Shown here: one piece after another, positions 47,701-60,885 of the stretch
Numbering within the stretch: the first letter of the stretch is position 1
How the letters are laid out: each line of letters begins with the position of its first letter
Position numbers and translations under genes: made by a program
Assembly (NCBI GenBank): GCA_040954595.2
Contig: CM082590.2
Span: forward strand, 3,658,001-3,722,000
Source of the DNA: Balanoglossus misakiensis
Taxonomy: Eukaryota > Animalia > Hemichordata
Length of the DNA: 64,000 nucleotides
Direction of reading: 5' to 3'
The notes under the pieces: generated by a model
Seen by the model: only the letters and a program-made list of their open reading frames with translations
The model's database searches: none
What the model was told of the DNA's origin: nothing

Positions 47701-50700
47701 CTTCCCCTGGCGGGACCTCACTCAAGTCCCCGCCGAGTTAGAAAGGGAACGCACCGTGTCGGTGTTCTGTAGCAGACGCGGTATGTAACCCATGCAGACA
47801 GGAAAAGGAGGGGTGGCTAGCATGCTGCATCTCCAGGCTTCCCCTGGCGGGACCTCACTCAAGTCCCCGCCGAGTTAGAAAGGGAACGCACCGTATTGGT
47901 GTTCTGTAGCAGACGCGGTATGTAACCCATGCAGACAGGAAAAGGAGGAGTGGCTAGCATGCCGCATCTCCAGGCTTCCCCTGGCGGGACCTCGCTCAAG
48001 TCCCCACCGAGTTAGAAAGGGAACGCACCGTATTGGTGTTCTGTAGCAGGCGCGGTATGTAACCCATGCAGACAGGAAAAGGAGGGGTGGCTAGCATGCC
48101 ACATCTCCAGGCTTCCCCTGGCGGGACCTCACTCAAGTCCCCGCCGAGTTAGAAAGGGAACGCACCGTATTGGTGTTCTGAAGCAGGCGCGGTATGTAAC
48201 CCATGCAGACAGGAAAAGGAGGGGTGGCTAGCATGCCACATCTCCAGGCTTTCCCTGGTGGGACCTCGCTCAAGTCCCCGCCGAGTTAGAAAGGTAACGT
48301 GCCGTGTCGGTGTTCTGTAGCGGGCGCGGTATGTAACGCATGGAGGCAGGAAAAGGAGGGGTGGCTAGCATGCCGCATCTCCAGGCTTACCCGGCGGGAC
48401 CTCGCTCAAGTCCCCGCCGAGTGAGAAAGGTAACGCACCGTTTTGGTGTTCTTTAGCAGGCGCGGTATGTAACGCATGGAGACAGGAAAAGGAGGGGTGG
48501 CTAGCATGCCACATCTCCAGGCTTCCCCTGGCGGAACCTCGCTCAAGTCCCCGCCGAGTTAGAAAGGTAACGCACCGTTTTGGTGTTCTTTAGCAGGCGC
48601 GGTATGTAACGCATGGAGACAGGAAAAGGATGGGTGGCTAGCATGCCACATCTCCAGGCTTCCCCTGGCGGAACCTCGCTCAAGTCCCCGCCGAGTTAGA
48701 AAGGTAACGCACCGTTTTGGTGTTCTTTAGCAGGCGCGGTATGTAACGCATGGAGACAGGAAAAGGAGGGGTGGCTAGCATGCCACATCTCCAGGCTTCC
48801 CCTGGCGGGACCTCGCTCAAGTCCCCGCCGAGTTAGAAAGGTAACGCACCGTTTTGGTGTTCTTTAGCAGGCGCGGTATGTAACGCATGGAGACAGGAAA
48901 AGGAGGGGTGGCTAGCATGCCACATCTCCAGGCTTCCCCTGGCGGAACTTCGCTCAAGTCCCCGCCGAGTGAGAAAGGTAACGCACCGTTTTGGTGTTCT
49001 TTAGCAGGCGCGGTATGTAACGCATGGAGACAGAAAAAGGATGGGTGGCTAGCATGCCACATCTCCAGGCTTCCCCTGGTGGGACCTCGCTCAAGTCCCC
49101 GCCGAGTTAGAAAGGTAACGCGCCGTGTCGGTGTTCTTTAGCAGGCGCGGTATGTAACGCATGAAGACAGGAAAAAGAGGGGTGGCTAGCATGCCGCATC
49201 TCCAGGCTTCCCCTGGTGGGACCTCGCTCAAGTCCCCGCCGAGTGAGAAAGGTAACGCACGGTATTGGTGTTCTGTAGCAGACGCGGTATGTAACGCATG
49301 GAGACAGGAAAAGGATGGGTGGCTAGCATGCCACATCTCCAGGCTTCCCCTGGCGGGACCTCGCTCAAATCCCAGCCGAGTTAGAAAGGTAACGCGCCGT
49401 GTCGGTGTTCTTTAGCAGGCGCGGTATATAACGCTTGGAGACAAGAAAAGTAGGAGTGGCTAGCATGCCGCATCTCCAGGCTTCCCCTGGCGGGACCTCG
49501 CTCAAGTCCCCGCCGAGTGAGAAAGGTAACGCACGGTATTGGTGTTCTGTAGCAGACGCGGTATGTAACGCATGCAGACAGGAAAAGGAGGGGTGGCTAG
49601 CATGCCGCATCTCCAGGCTTCCCCTGGCGGGACCTCACTCAAGTCCCCGCCGAGTTAGAAAGGTAACGCGCCGTGTCGATGTTCTGTAGCAGGCGCGGTA
49701 TGTAACCCATGCAGACAGGAAAAGAAGGGGTGGCTAGCATGCTGCATCTCCAGGCTTCCCCTGGCGGGACCTCACTCAAGTCCCCGCCGAGTTAGAAAGG
49801 GAACGCACCGTATTGGTGTTCTGTAGCAGAGGCGGTATGTAACCCATGCAGACAGGAAAAGGAGGAGTGGCTAGCATGCCGCATCTCCAGGCTTCCCCTG
49901 GCGGGACCTCGCTCAAGTCCCCGCCGAGTTAGAAAGGGAACGCACCGTATTGGTGTTCTGTAGCAGGCGCGGTATGTAACCCATGCAGACAGGAAAAGGA
50001 GGGGTGGCTAGCATGCCACATCTCCAGGCTTCCCCTGGCGGGACCTCACTCAAGTCCCCGCCGAGTTAGAAAGGGAACGCACCGTATTGGTGTTCTGTAG
50101 CAGGCGCGGTATGTAACCCATGCAGCCAGGAAAAGGAGGGGTGGCTAGCATGCCACATCTCCAGGCTTCCCCTGGCGGGACCTCGCTCAAGTCCCCGCCG
50201 AGTGAGAAAGGGAACGCGCCGTGTCGGTGTTCTGTAGCAGGCGCGGTATGTAACGCATGGAGACAGGAAAAGGAGGAGTGGCTAGCATGCCGCATCTCCA
50301 GGCTTCCCCTGGCGGGACCTCGCTCAAGTCCCCGCCGAGTTAGAAAGGGAACGCGCCGTGTCGGTGTTCTGTAGCAGGCGCGGTATGTAACGCATGGAGG
50401 CAGGAAAAGGAGGGGTGGCTAGCATGCCGCATCTCCAGGCTTCCCCGGCAGGACCTCGCTCAAGTCCCCGCCGAGTGAGAAAGGTAACGCACCGTTTTGG
50501 TGTTCTTTAGCAGGCGCGGTATGTAACGCATGGAGACAGGAAAAGGAGGGGTGGCTAGCATGCCACATCTCCAGGCTTCCCCTGGCGGAACCTCGCTCAA
50601 GTCCCCGCCGAGTTAGAAAGGTAACGCACCGTTTTGGTGTTCTTTAGCAGGCGCGGTATGTAACGCATGGAGACAGGAAAAGGATGGGTGGCTAGCATGC

Positions 50701-53700
50701 CACATCTCCAGGCTTCCCCAGGCAGGACCTCGCTCAAGTCCCCGCCGAGTTAGAAAGGTAACGCACCGTTTTGGTGTTCTTTAGCAGGCGCGGTATGTAA
50801 CGCATGGAGACAGGAAAAGGAGGGGTGGCTAGCATGCCACATCTCCAGGCTTCCCCTGGCGGGACCTCGCTCAAGTCCCCGCCGAGTTAGAAAGGTAACG
50901 CACCGTTTTGGTGTTCTTTAGCAGGCGCGGTATGTAACGCATGGAGACAGGAAAAGGAGGGGTGGCTAGCATGCCACATCTCCAGGCTTCCCCTGGCGGA
51001 ACCTCGCTCAAGTCCCCGCCGAGTGAGAAAGGTAACGCACCGTTTTGGTGTTCTTTAGCAGGCGCGGTATGTAACGCATGGAGACAGGAAAAGGATGGGT
51101 GGCTAGCATGCCACATCTCCAGGCTTCCCCTGGTGGGACCTCGCTCAAGTCCCCGCCGAGTTAGAAAGGTAACGCACCGTTTTGGTGTTCTTTAGCAGGC
51201 GCGGTATGTAACGCATGGAGACAGGAAAAGGAGGGGTGGCTAGCATGCCACATCTCCAGGCTTCCCCTGGCGGAACTTCGCTCAAGTCCCCGCCGAGTGA
51301 GAAAGGTAACGCACCGTTTTGGTGTTCTTTAGCAGGCGCGGTATGTAACGCATGGAGACAGAAAAAGGATGGGTGGCTAGCATGCCACATCTCCAGGCTT
51401 CCCCTTGCGGGACCTCGCTCAAGTCCCCGCCGAGTTAGAAAGGTAACGCGCCGTGTCGGTGTTCTTTAGCAGGCGCGGTATGTAACGCATGGAGACAGGA
51501 AAAAGAGGGGTGGCTAGCATGCCGCATCTCCAGGCTTCCCCTGGCGGGACCTCGCTCAAGTCCCCGCCGAGTGAGAAAGGTAACGCACCGTTTTGGTGTT
51601 CTTTAGCAGGCGCGGTATGTAACGCATGGAGACAGGAAAAGGAGGGGTGGCTAGCATGCCACATCTCCAGGCTTCCCCTGGCGCAACCTCGCTCAAGTCC
51701 CCGCCGAGTGAGAAAGGTAACGCACCGTTTTGGTGTTCTTTAGCAGGCGCGGTATGTAACGCATGGAGACAGGAAAAGGATGGGTGGCTAGCATGCCACA
51801 TCTCCAGGCTTCCCCTGGTGGGACCTCGCTCAAGTCCCCGCCGAGTTAGAAAGGTAACGCACCGTTTTGGTGTTCTTTAGCAGGCGCGGTATGTAACGCA
51901 TGGAGACAGGAAAAGGAGGGGTGGCAAGCATGCCACATCTCCAGGCTTCCCCTGGCGGAACTTCGCTCAAGTCCCCGCCGAGTGAGAAAGGTAACGCACC
52001 GTTTTGGTGTTCTTTAGCAGGCGCGGTATGTAACGCATGGAGACAGAAAAAGGATGGGTGGCTAGCATGCCACATCTCCAGGCTTCCCCTTGCGGGACCT
52101 CGCTCAAGTCCCCGCCGAGTTAGAAAGGTAACGCGCCGTGTCGGTGTTCTTTAGCAGGCGCGGTATGTAACGCATGGAGACAGGAAAAAGAGGGGTGGCT
52201 AGCATGCCGCATCTCCAGGCTTCCCCTGGCGGGACCTCGCTCAAGTCCCCGCCGAGTGAGAAAGGTAACGCACGGTATTGGTGTTCTGTAGCAGACGCGG
52301 TATGTAACGCATGGAGACAGGAAAAGGATGGGTGGCTAGCATGCCACATCTCCAGGCTTCCCCTGGCGGGACCTCTCTCAAATCCCAGCCGAGTTAGAAA
52401 GGTAACGCGCCGTGTCGGTGTTCTTTAGCAGGCGCGGTATATAACGCTTGGAGACAGGAAAAGTAGGAGTGGCTAGCATGCCGCATCTCCAGGCTTCCCC
52501 TGGCGGGACCTCGCTCAAGTCCCCGCCGAGTGAGAAAGGTAACGCACGGTATTGGTGTTCTGTAGCAGACGCGGTATGTAACGCATGCAGACAGGAAAAG
52601 GAGGGGTGGCTAGCATGCCGCATCTCCAGGCTTCCCCTGGCGGGACCTCACTCAAGTCCCCGCCGAGTTAGAAAGGTAACGCGCCGTGTCGATGTTCTGT
52701 AGCAGGCGCGGTATGTAACCCATGCAGACAGGAAAAGGAGGAGTGGCTAGCATGCCGCATCTCCAGGCTTCCCCTGGCGGGACCTCACTCAAGTCCCCGC
52801 CGAGTTAGAAAGGGAACGCACCGTATTGGTGTTCTGTAGCAGACGCGGTATGTAACCCATGCAGACAGGAAAAGGAGGAGTGGCTAGCATGCCGCATCTC
52901 CAGGCTTCCCCTGGCGGGACCTCGCTCAAGTCCCCGCCGAGTTAGAAAGGGAACGCACCGTATTGGTGTTCTGTAGCAGGCGCGGTATGTAACCCATGCA
53001 GACAGGAAAAGGAGGGGTGGCTAGCATGCCACATCTCCAGGCTTCCCCTGGCGGGACCTCACTCAAGTCCCCGCCGAGTTAGAAAGGGAACGCACCGTAT
53101 TGGTGTTCTGTAGCAGGCGCGGTATGTAACCCATGCAGCCAGGAAAAGGAGGGGTGGCTAGCATGCCACATCTCCAGGCTTCCCCTGGCGGGACCTCGCT
53201 CAAGTCCCCGCCGAGTGAGAAAGGGAACGCGCCGTGTCGGTGTTCTGTAGCAGGCGCGGTATGTAACGCATGGAGACAGGAAAAGGAGGAGTGGCTAGCA
53301 TGCCGCATCTCCAGGCTTCCCCTGGCGGGACCTCGCTCAAGTCCCCGCCGAGTTAGAAAGGGAACGCGCCGTGTCGGTGTTCTGTAGCAGGCGCGGTATG
53401 TAACGCATGGAGGCAGGAAAAGGAGGGGTGGCTAGCATGCCGCATCTCCAGGCTTCCCCGGCAGGACCTCGCTCAAGTCCCCGCCGAGTGAGAAAGGTAA
53501 CGCACCGTTTTGGTGTTCTTTAGCAGGCGCGGTATGTAACGCATGGAGACAGGAAAAGGAGGGGTGGCTAGCATGCCACATCTCCAGGCTTCCCCTGGCG
53601 GAACCTCGCTCAAGTCCCCGCCGAGTTAGAAAGGTAACGCACCGTTTTGGTGTTCTTTAGCAGGCGCGGTATGTAACGCATGGAGACAGGAAAAGGATGG

Positions 53701-56410
53701 GTGGCTAGCATGCCACATCTCCAGGCTTCCCCTGGCGGAACCTCGCTCAAGTCCCCGCCGAGTTAGAAAGGTAACGCACCGTTTTGGTGTTCTTTAGCAG
53801 GCGCGGTATGTAACGCATGGAGACAGGAAAAGGAGGGGTGGCTAGCATGCCACATCTCCAGGCTTCCCCTGGCGGGACCTTGCTCAAGTCCCCGCCGAGT
53901 TAGAAAGGGAACGCACCGTTTTGGTGTTCTTTAGCAGGCGCGGTATGTAACGCATGGAGACAGGAAAAGGAGGGGTGGCTAGCATGCCACATCTCCAGGC
54001 TTCCCCTGGCGGAACCTCGCTCAAGTCCCCGCCGAGTGAGAAAGGTAACGCACCGTTTTGGTGTTCTTTAGCAGGCGCGGTATGTAACGCATGGAGACAG
54101 GAAAAGGATGGGTGGCTAGCATGCCACATCTCCAGGCTTCCCCTGGTGGGACCTCGCTCAAGTCCCCGCCGAGTTAGAAAGGTAACGCACCGTTTTGGTG
54201 TTCTTTAGCAGGCGCGGTATGTAACGCATGGAGACAGGAAAAGGAGGGGTGGCTAGCATGCCACATCTCCAGGCTTCCCCTGGCGGAACTTCGCTCAAGT
54301 CCCCGCCGAGTGAGAAAGGTAACGCACCGTTTTGGTGTTCTTTAGCAGGCGCGGTATGTAACGCATGGAGACAGAAAAAGGATGGGTGGCTAGCATGCCA
54401 CATCTCCAGGCTTCCCCTTGCGGGACCTCGCTCAAGTCCCCGCCGAGTTAGAAAGGTAACGCGCCGTGTCGGTGTTCTTTAGCAGGCGCGGTATGTAACG
54501 CATGGAGACAGGAAAAAGAGGGGTGGCTAGCATGCCGCATCTCCAGGCTTCCCCTGGCGGGACCTCGCTCAAGTCCCCGCCGAGTGAGAAAGGTAACGCA
54601 CCGTTTTGGTGTTCTTTAGCAGGCGCGGTATGTAACGCATGGAGACAGGAAAAGGAGGGGTGGCTAGCATGCCACATCTCCAGGCTTCCCCTGGCGGAAC
54701 CTCGCTCAAGTCCCCGCCGAGTTAGAAAGGTAACGCACCGTTTTGGTGTTCTTTAGCAGGCGCGGTATGTAACGCATGGAGACAGGAAAAGGATGGGTGG
54801 CTAGCATGCCACATCTCCAGGCTTCCCCTGGCGGAACCTCGCTCAAGTCCCCGCCGAGTTAGAAAGGTAACGCACCGTTTTGGTGTTCTTTAGCAGGCGC
54901 GGTATGTAACGCATGGAGACAGGAAAAGGATGGGTGGCTAGCATGCCACATCTCCAGGCTTCCCCTGGTGGGACCTCGCTCAAGTCCCCGCCGAGTTAGA
55001 AAGGTAACGCACCGTTTTGGTGTTCTTTAGCAGGCGCGGTATGTAACGCATGGAGACAGGAAAAGGAGGGGTGGCTAGCATGCCACATCTCCAGGCTTCC
55101 CCTGGCGGAACTTCGCTCAAGTCCCCGCCGAGTGAGAAAGGTAACGCACCGTTTTGGTGTTCTTTAGCAGGCGCGGTATGTAACGCATGGAGACAGGAAA
55201 AGGAGGGGTGGCTAGCATGCCACATCTCCAGGCTTCCCCTGGCGGGACCTTGCTCAAGTCCCCGCCGAGTTAGAAAGGTAACGCACCGTTTTGGTGTTCT
55301 TTAGCAGGCGCGGTATGTAACGCATGGAGACAGGAAAAGGAGGGGTGGCTAGCATGCCACATCTCCAGGCTTCCCCTGGCGGGACCTCGCTCAAGTCCCC
55401 GCCGAGTTAGAAAGGTAACGCGCCGTGTCGGTGTTCTTTAGCAGGCGCGGTATGTAACGCATGGAGACAGGAAAAGGAGGAGTGGCTAGCATGCCGCATC
55501 TCCAGGCTTCCCCTGGCGGGACCTCGCTCAAGTCCCCGCCGAGTTAGAAAGGTAACGCGCCGTGTCGGTGTTCTTTAGCAGGCGCGGTATGTAACGCATG
55601 GAGACAGGAAAAGGAGGAGTGGCTAGCATGCCGCATCTCCAGGCTTCCCCTGGCGGGACCTCGCTCAAGTCCCCGCCGAGTGAGAAAGGTAACGCACAGT
55701 ATTGGTGTTCTGTAGCAGACGCGGTATGTAACGCATGGAGACAGGAAAAGGAGGGGTGGCTAGCATGCCACATCTCCAGGCTTCCCCTGGCGGGACCTCG
55801 CTCAAGTCCCCGCCGAGTTAGAAAGGTAACGCGCCGTGTCGGTGTTCTTTAGCAGGCGCGGTATGTAACGCATGGAGACAGGAAAAGGAGGAGTGGCTAG
55901 CATGCCGCATCTCCAGGCTTCCCCTGGCGGGACCTCGCTCAAGTCCCCGCCGAGTTAGAAAGGTAACGCGCCGTGTCGGTGTTCTTTAGCAGGCGCGGTA
56001 TGTAACGCATGGAGACAGGAAAAGGAGGAGTGGCTAGCATGCCGCATCTCCAGGCTTCCCCTGGCGGGACCTCGCTCAAGTCCCCGCCGAGTGAGAAAGG
56101 TAACGCGCCGTGTCGGTGTTCTTTAGCAGGCGCGGTATGTAACGCATGGAGACAGGAAAAGGAGGGGTGGCTAGCATGCCACATCTCCAGGCTTCCCCTG
56201 GCGGGACCTCGCTCAAGTCCCCGCCGAGTTAGAAAGGTAACGCGCCGTGTCGGTGTTCTTTAGCAGGCGCGGTATGTAACGCATGGAGACAGGAAAAGGA
56301 GGAGTGGCTAGCATGCCGCATCTCCAGGCTTCCCCTGGCGGGACCTCGCTCAAGTCCCCGCCGAGTGAGAAAGGTAACGCGCCGTGTCGGTGTTCTTTAG
56401 CAGGCGCGGT
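29738..56410. repeat. 137-bp GC-rich satellite array, ~180 monomers, with higher-order repeats
   Basis: Unit aagtccccgccgagttagaaagggaacgcaccgtattggtgttctgtagcaggcgcggtatgtaacccatggagacaggaaaaggaggggtggctagcatgccacatctccaggcttcccctggcgggacctcgctc; head-to-tail, interrupted only at 45622-47444. Confidence 0.98.
45622..47444. mobile_element. Non-autonomous EnSpm/CACTA-like transposon inserted in the satellite
   Basis: TIR CCCTTACCAAACCTGCAG...CTGCAGGTTTGGTAAGGG, 2-bp TSD CA (cctca|...|cactcaag), subterminal CAGCTC/GAGCTG motifs. Confidence 0.85.
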
Positions 56411-56694
56411 AGAGACAAACCTGGTCGACCCCCAGAGAGTACGGGTTCTGTTCCGCACTCAACGGGAGGAATTTGCTCTGTCCCCAGCCTGGCAAGGGAG
56501 CACCTGTACCAAGATTGGCCGTTGTCGGCTCCTACGAGGTATCGCCGTCATCGCCAACGGTAAGTACAGTTGCTATGGGTTCCACTGGGCCTAGTCGCAA
56601 CTGTCCCCGCAGAGGGAGAGGGGAAAAACACCATACGCCGAGTCTGACTTTTTGGCACCTCTGCGGGTAGGCGCGCCGGAACTAAAAGGAATGG

Positions 56695-56935
56695 TGGTCT
56701 GCCACACACATCAACTATAGAGCATGCGTGCGTTCCTTCGCAGGCTTCCCCAGGCGCGGTTAGCCTGCAGAGTTTGAAGGAAACGCCGTGTAAGCTAGGG
56801 AACGCGTCGTGACGGTGACATTTACACAGGTGCGGTATATAACGCATGGAGACAGGAGAATGAAGGGCAGCTGGCGTGTCGCCTCTCCGGGGATCCCGCC
56901 GAGTTAGAATAGGGAACGTGCCGTGTCGATGTTAC
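56695..56935. repeat. Diverged copy of the array's left flank plus degenerate satellite monomers
   Basis: tggtctgccacacac.tcaacta...gcgttcct.cgcaggctt matches 29661-29715; followed by diverged monomer sequence. Confidence 0.8.
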
Positions 56936-58229
56936 GCTTGCCAGAACTCTATAGATGTATAAGGGGGAGTGGTTGTCAATATTTTCATAATATTCTACCC
57001 TTTTCAGCAATAATTATGTAAAAAAGAGGTTTTTCGGAAATTGGAAAATGTTTTTCGTACTGTTCGCATCATTAACACAGAGATTGGCGGTCATTTTGAA
57101 CTTCAAATTTTAGACTATTTAATTATTATTCTTAATTTTAAGAGAACATAATTTAAAGTTGCTTTGAGCAAAATATAAGTAAATTTACCCAAATAATAAT
57201 GATCACACATGCGGAATTTTCATTGGATCCTGTTACTAAATGTATCACATAACATTGGCTTGGAAACAGGAGGTTAAGTGCATAACATATCAGACGATAT
57301 TCCGAGTATTCATGACAATTTTGTTGATTCTCTAGTACAGCAGCAGACATAAAATTGTGCGAACCTTAGTTTAGATACCTAGGTATGGTCGTATTCAGTG
57401 AATAAAGGTATGTTTGGTTTGATTGATAAACGTCCATTTACAGAATGTAAGCTTTGATTCTATAGTTTCTGCTGAGAGATATCATGAGCAGGTACATTCA
57501 ACGAGTGTCACATAATAAATTAAGCTTATACGTCAAACTGTTTATCACTCAGACGAAGAACGATCACTGTATTCAAAATGGGTATGGTACGTGTCACTGT
57601 ATATTGGAGACAACAATCCACTCCAAAAGGAGGAAGAATCACCCAGTACATACAGGTGCACGAACTTTTTTCTTTGGAATAGTTCTGGGCTTATCGGGGT
57701 CATTTTGATTTCTAATCTTGCAATCAGCAACACAATCATCTCTCTTGAAATGGTAGCTGGGGAGTTTATACTTACACGAATCATTGGAATGTGAGGCAAG
57801 AGTATATTTTACACGTATACATATTTTATGAGCTGCATTTTAGTTTCAAATATGTCACCAAAATCAGGAGCAAATCACGATCACTGCTCGTGCACGTAAT
57901 GCCTGGTGTCTAAATCTGATCAAGAAACACTGTGTAGCAGAGGGAATTAGTTGAATGGTTTCATCACATAATGTGATTCCTTTTCAGATAAGTGTAATCA
58001 TTTGGTTAAGTAGTGGCTTGAAAAACTAAAGGTATCGATAACTTTACACTTGGTCACATTTCAAATTTATTTTTTGCGCGATAATGTGATCAGTTACTGA
58101 TCAGCTGTGTACATCTATTCATCCAGTGATCAATTCATACCTGACCTGGTGCTTATTTCAATGACTGGCATCGGCGTTATATTGTATTTCTGTACGTTTT
58201 GGCACCATTGATGTTAATCTCACAATCAT

Positions 58230-58640
58230 AATCTTTGATAGCAAACTCCTTCCAATCTTACTGTATAGAAGGGAAGTTTGGGGTTTCTACATAAGGCTGA
58301 CCAAATTGAAATAGTGCATAACAAATTTTGTCGTTTTATTATGAGATTGTATGGCAATGCGACCACTCTCGCTGTTAAGGTTGAGTTAGGGCGTTTTACA
58401 ATACGTATATGCTTAGACTTGGAAGGGTGATCAAATATTGGCTGCGCTTACTTTCAATACCACAGAAACGTATCGTGCACATGTTATATTTGTTCAATAC
58501 AAAGAAGCTGAAACTTGTCAACCATGTTTGGATATGATGTTATGATGTTGTTGTTCTCCTTTGGTATGGGCGAGGCATGGCTTAACCTAGGTGTGGGTAG
58601 TGATGTCAATTTGATCAATTTATTATTTATGTCAACAGCA
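58230..58640 (+). pseudogene. Degenerate non-LTR retrotransposon ORF2 fragment (post-RT region, RTEX/L2-like)
   Basis: Frameshifted translation LFDSKLLPILLY..EVWGF..KADQIEIVHNKFCRFIM...ELGRF...RVIKYWLRLL...FGMGEAWLNLGVG. Confidence 0.7.
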
Positions 58641-59617
58641 GGAACCTAGAGACGGAAAATGCTGTGAGGATCTTTATCGTTAATGATTAACACTCAGAGG
58701 ACTGCAGTCCAGGACAACCACTTAGCATGACTAATGCCCACCAAAATAGCATTTTCGACAAAGCGCCCTGCTGTACTATCTTTTATACAGAATGATTTCT
58801 TTGTTGAGATACCCACATGAAGGAATGATGACAAACCGCATCCCTGGAATTTCTCATTTAATGCATGTCCCCAGGCTGTTTGCCTCATTTTTCTTTTAGG
58901 AAAGGAAAGATCGCTCCTTTACAATGCACCACGCCAACGTCGCTGATTATGGGAACAATCAAACTGTTACGCAAAGTCAGTTAATATTTCTGGCGATGCA
59001 CAATTCAGCTTGAAGGAGGAAGTTGATAATGCGCGCAAAATGACCCCGATCAGTGATGATCGTGTATGGCCAGGCGTACTCAGGCTATTGGACGCTGACC
59101 ACTGAAACTCGCGCAAACAAATTACTTTTATGTAAAAACACCAGCTAAACTCACATGATATAGCCGACACTGAAGTTTATGAACTAGACATTAAAATCAT
59201 CTCATAACATTAAAGTGTTATCCACTATGTTAAAACATTTAGAAATGACATTTTCGTGATTCATGTGTGAAAACTAACCGAAATAACAGAACAATAAACA
59301 CAAAAACCGAAATACACCCCATAAATAATTTTCCTTCAAATACTCTTTGCAAAACATTTCTGGACGCGGAAATGTTCAGGGGTCAAAGACAAGACCAAAG
59401 CAACGATGTACTCGATGCAAGAAAACGCACCACTGTCACCACCCCCAGGCAAATTAAAAAGAAATAAATGTCAATTGAGCCTCACCGCTCTGATGTTATG
59501 TTCGTCTCTATGAACATAAAAATTGAGCCTTTCTTTCTTACAATGATTGTTAAAGGTGTGAGACTACAAGAAGACAATGTATGATCTCCTGTATGGCAAG
59601 CCTCAGGGGTCTTAAGT

Positions 59618-60246
59618 ATAGCAATAGTAGTATTTAATGTTGAAGTAGTACGATTATATTTTGATTCGTTAATATATTATAAATAAATAGTAGTATTTAA
59701 TGTTGAAGTAGTACGATTATATTTTGATTCGTTAATATATTATAAATAAATAGTAGTATTTAATGTTGAAGTAGTACGATTATATTTTGATTCGTTAATA
59801 TATTATAAATAAATAGTAGTATTTAATGTTGAAGTAGTACGATTATATTTTGATTCGTTAATATATTATAAATAAATAGTAGTATTTAATGTTGAAGTAG
59901 TACGATTATATTTTGATTCGTTAATATATTATAAATAAATAGTAGTATTTAATGTTGAAGTAGTACGATTATATTTTGATTCGTTAATATATTATTAATA
60001 AATAGTAGTATTTAATGTTGAAGTAGTACGATTATATTTTGATTCGTTAATATATTATTAATAAATAGTAGTATTTAATGTTGAAGTAGTACGATTATAT
60101 TTTGATTCGTTAATATATTATAATAAATAGTAGTATATAATGTTGAAGTAGTACGACTATATTTTGATTCGTTAATATATTATAAATAAATAGTAGTATT
60201 TAATGTTGAAGTAGTACGATTATATTTTGATTCGTTAATATATTAT
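59618..60246 (+). repeat. 63-bp AT-rich tandem repeat, ~10 copies (left arm)
   Basis: Unit aatagtagtatttaatgttgaagtagtacgattatattttgattcgttaatatattataaata. Confidence 0.95.
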
Positions 60247-60885
60247 GATACTTTGCTAGTATTATTATTATTTACTTGTTTACAACCTTCACTTCCACCT
60301 CACCAGAGGGCGCACAATTTTTGCTGTCGGCCATTTTCCGTGTTTTCCGTTTGTTTTGAGCGTCTCAGTCGCATTTGAAAGAGATGGACATCGAGGCAAT
60401 ATTGCAGGAGATAAATTTGGCAATGAGCGGGTTGAAGCTGCCACCGTTCTTTCCATGACGGAAGGGGAAATAAAGAGATTGGGAGTTACAAGAGCAGGTG
60501 ATCGAGTGCGACTCCGAGACCTTTGTGTGTTCCCGGCGTTACACAGCCTCCACCACAGCCCTGCAAGGCGCCATAGAAAAAACTGATGCTTCTGCGGTCC
60601 GGATCCGGACTGCAGCTTTTTCGGCCGAAATTTGATTTTATCGAAGCAAAATCCTTTCCCTGTCTACTTCTGCCCCCTAACCGACTCCAAATATGATGCG
60701 ATTAACTTGTCCTAACGTCCGAACCGCTCGCTTTCTAAAACTGTTTTGTTTACCCATGGAGATAAACTCGCTGTAAGCTTTATATTTAATATGGCGATCT
60801 CAACATGTAAACACACAAAAATGAATCAAACGCGAGTGGTTCGGACGTTAGGACAAGTTAATCGCATCATATTTGGAGTCGGTTA

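Noticed and set aside
19531-56410. CRISPR array interpretation of either tandem array
   Set aside because: No unique spacers, units far too long, no cas genes, spliced eukaryotic context.
29738-56410. Hammerhead/HDV ribozyme satellite (retrozyme), or tRNA/5S gene cluster
   Set aside because: No CTGANGA...GAAA core on either strand, no HDV pseudoknot, no proper cloverleaf or intact GTTCRA B-box; an Infernal search would be decisive.
29681-56458. Dozens of similar 60-100 aa ORFs (MSEVPPGEAW..., METGKGG...)
   Set aside because: By-products of a 137-bp unit (not a multiple of 3) read on both strands; no domain recognised.
57484-57799. Short overlapping ORFs as a second gene
   Set aside because: No recognisable domain or convincing splice-site chain.
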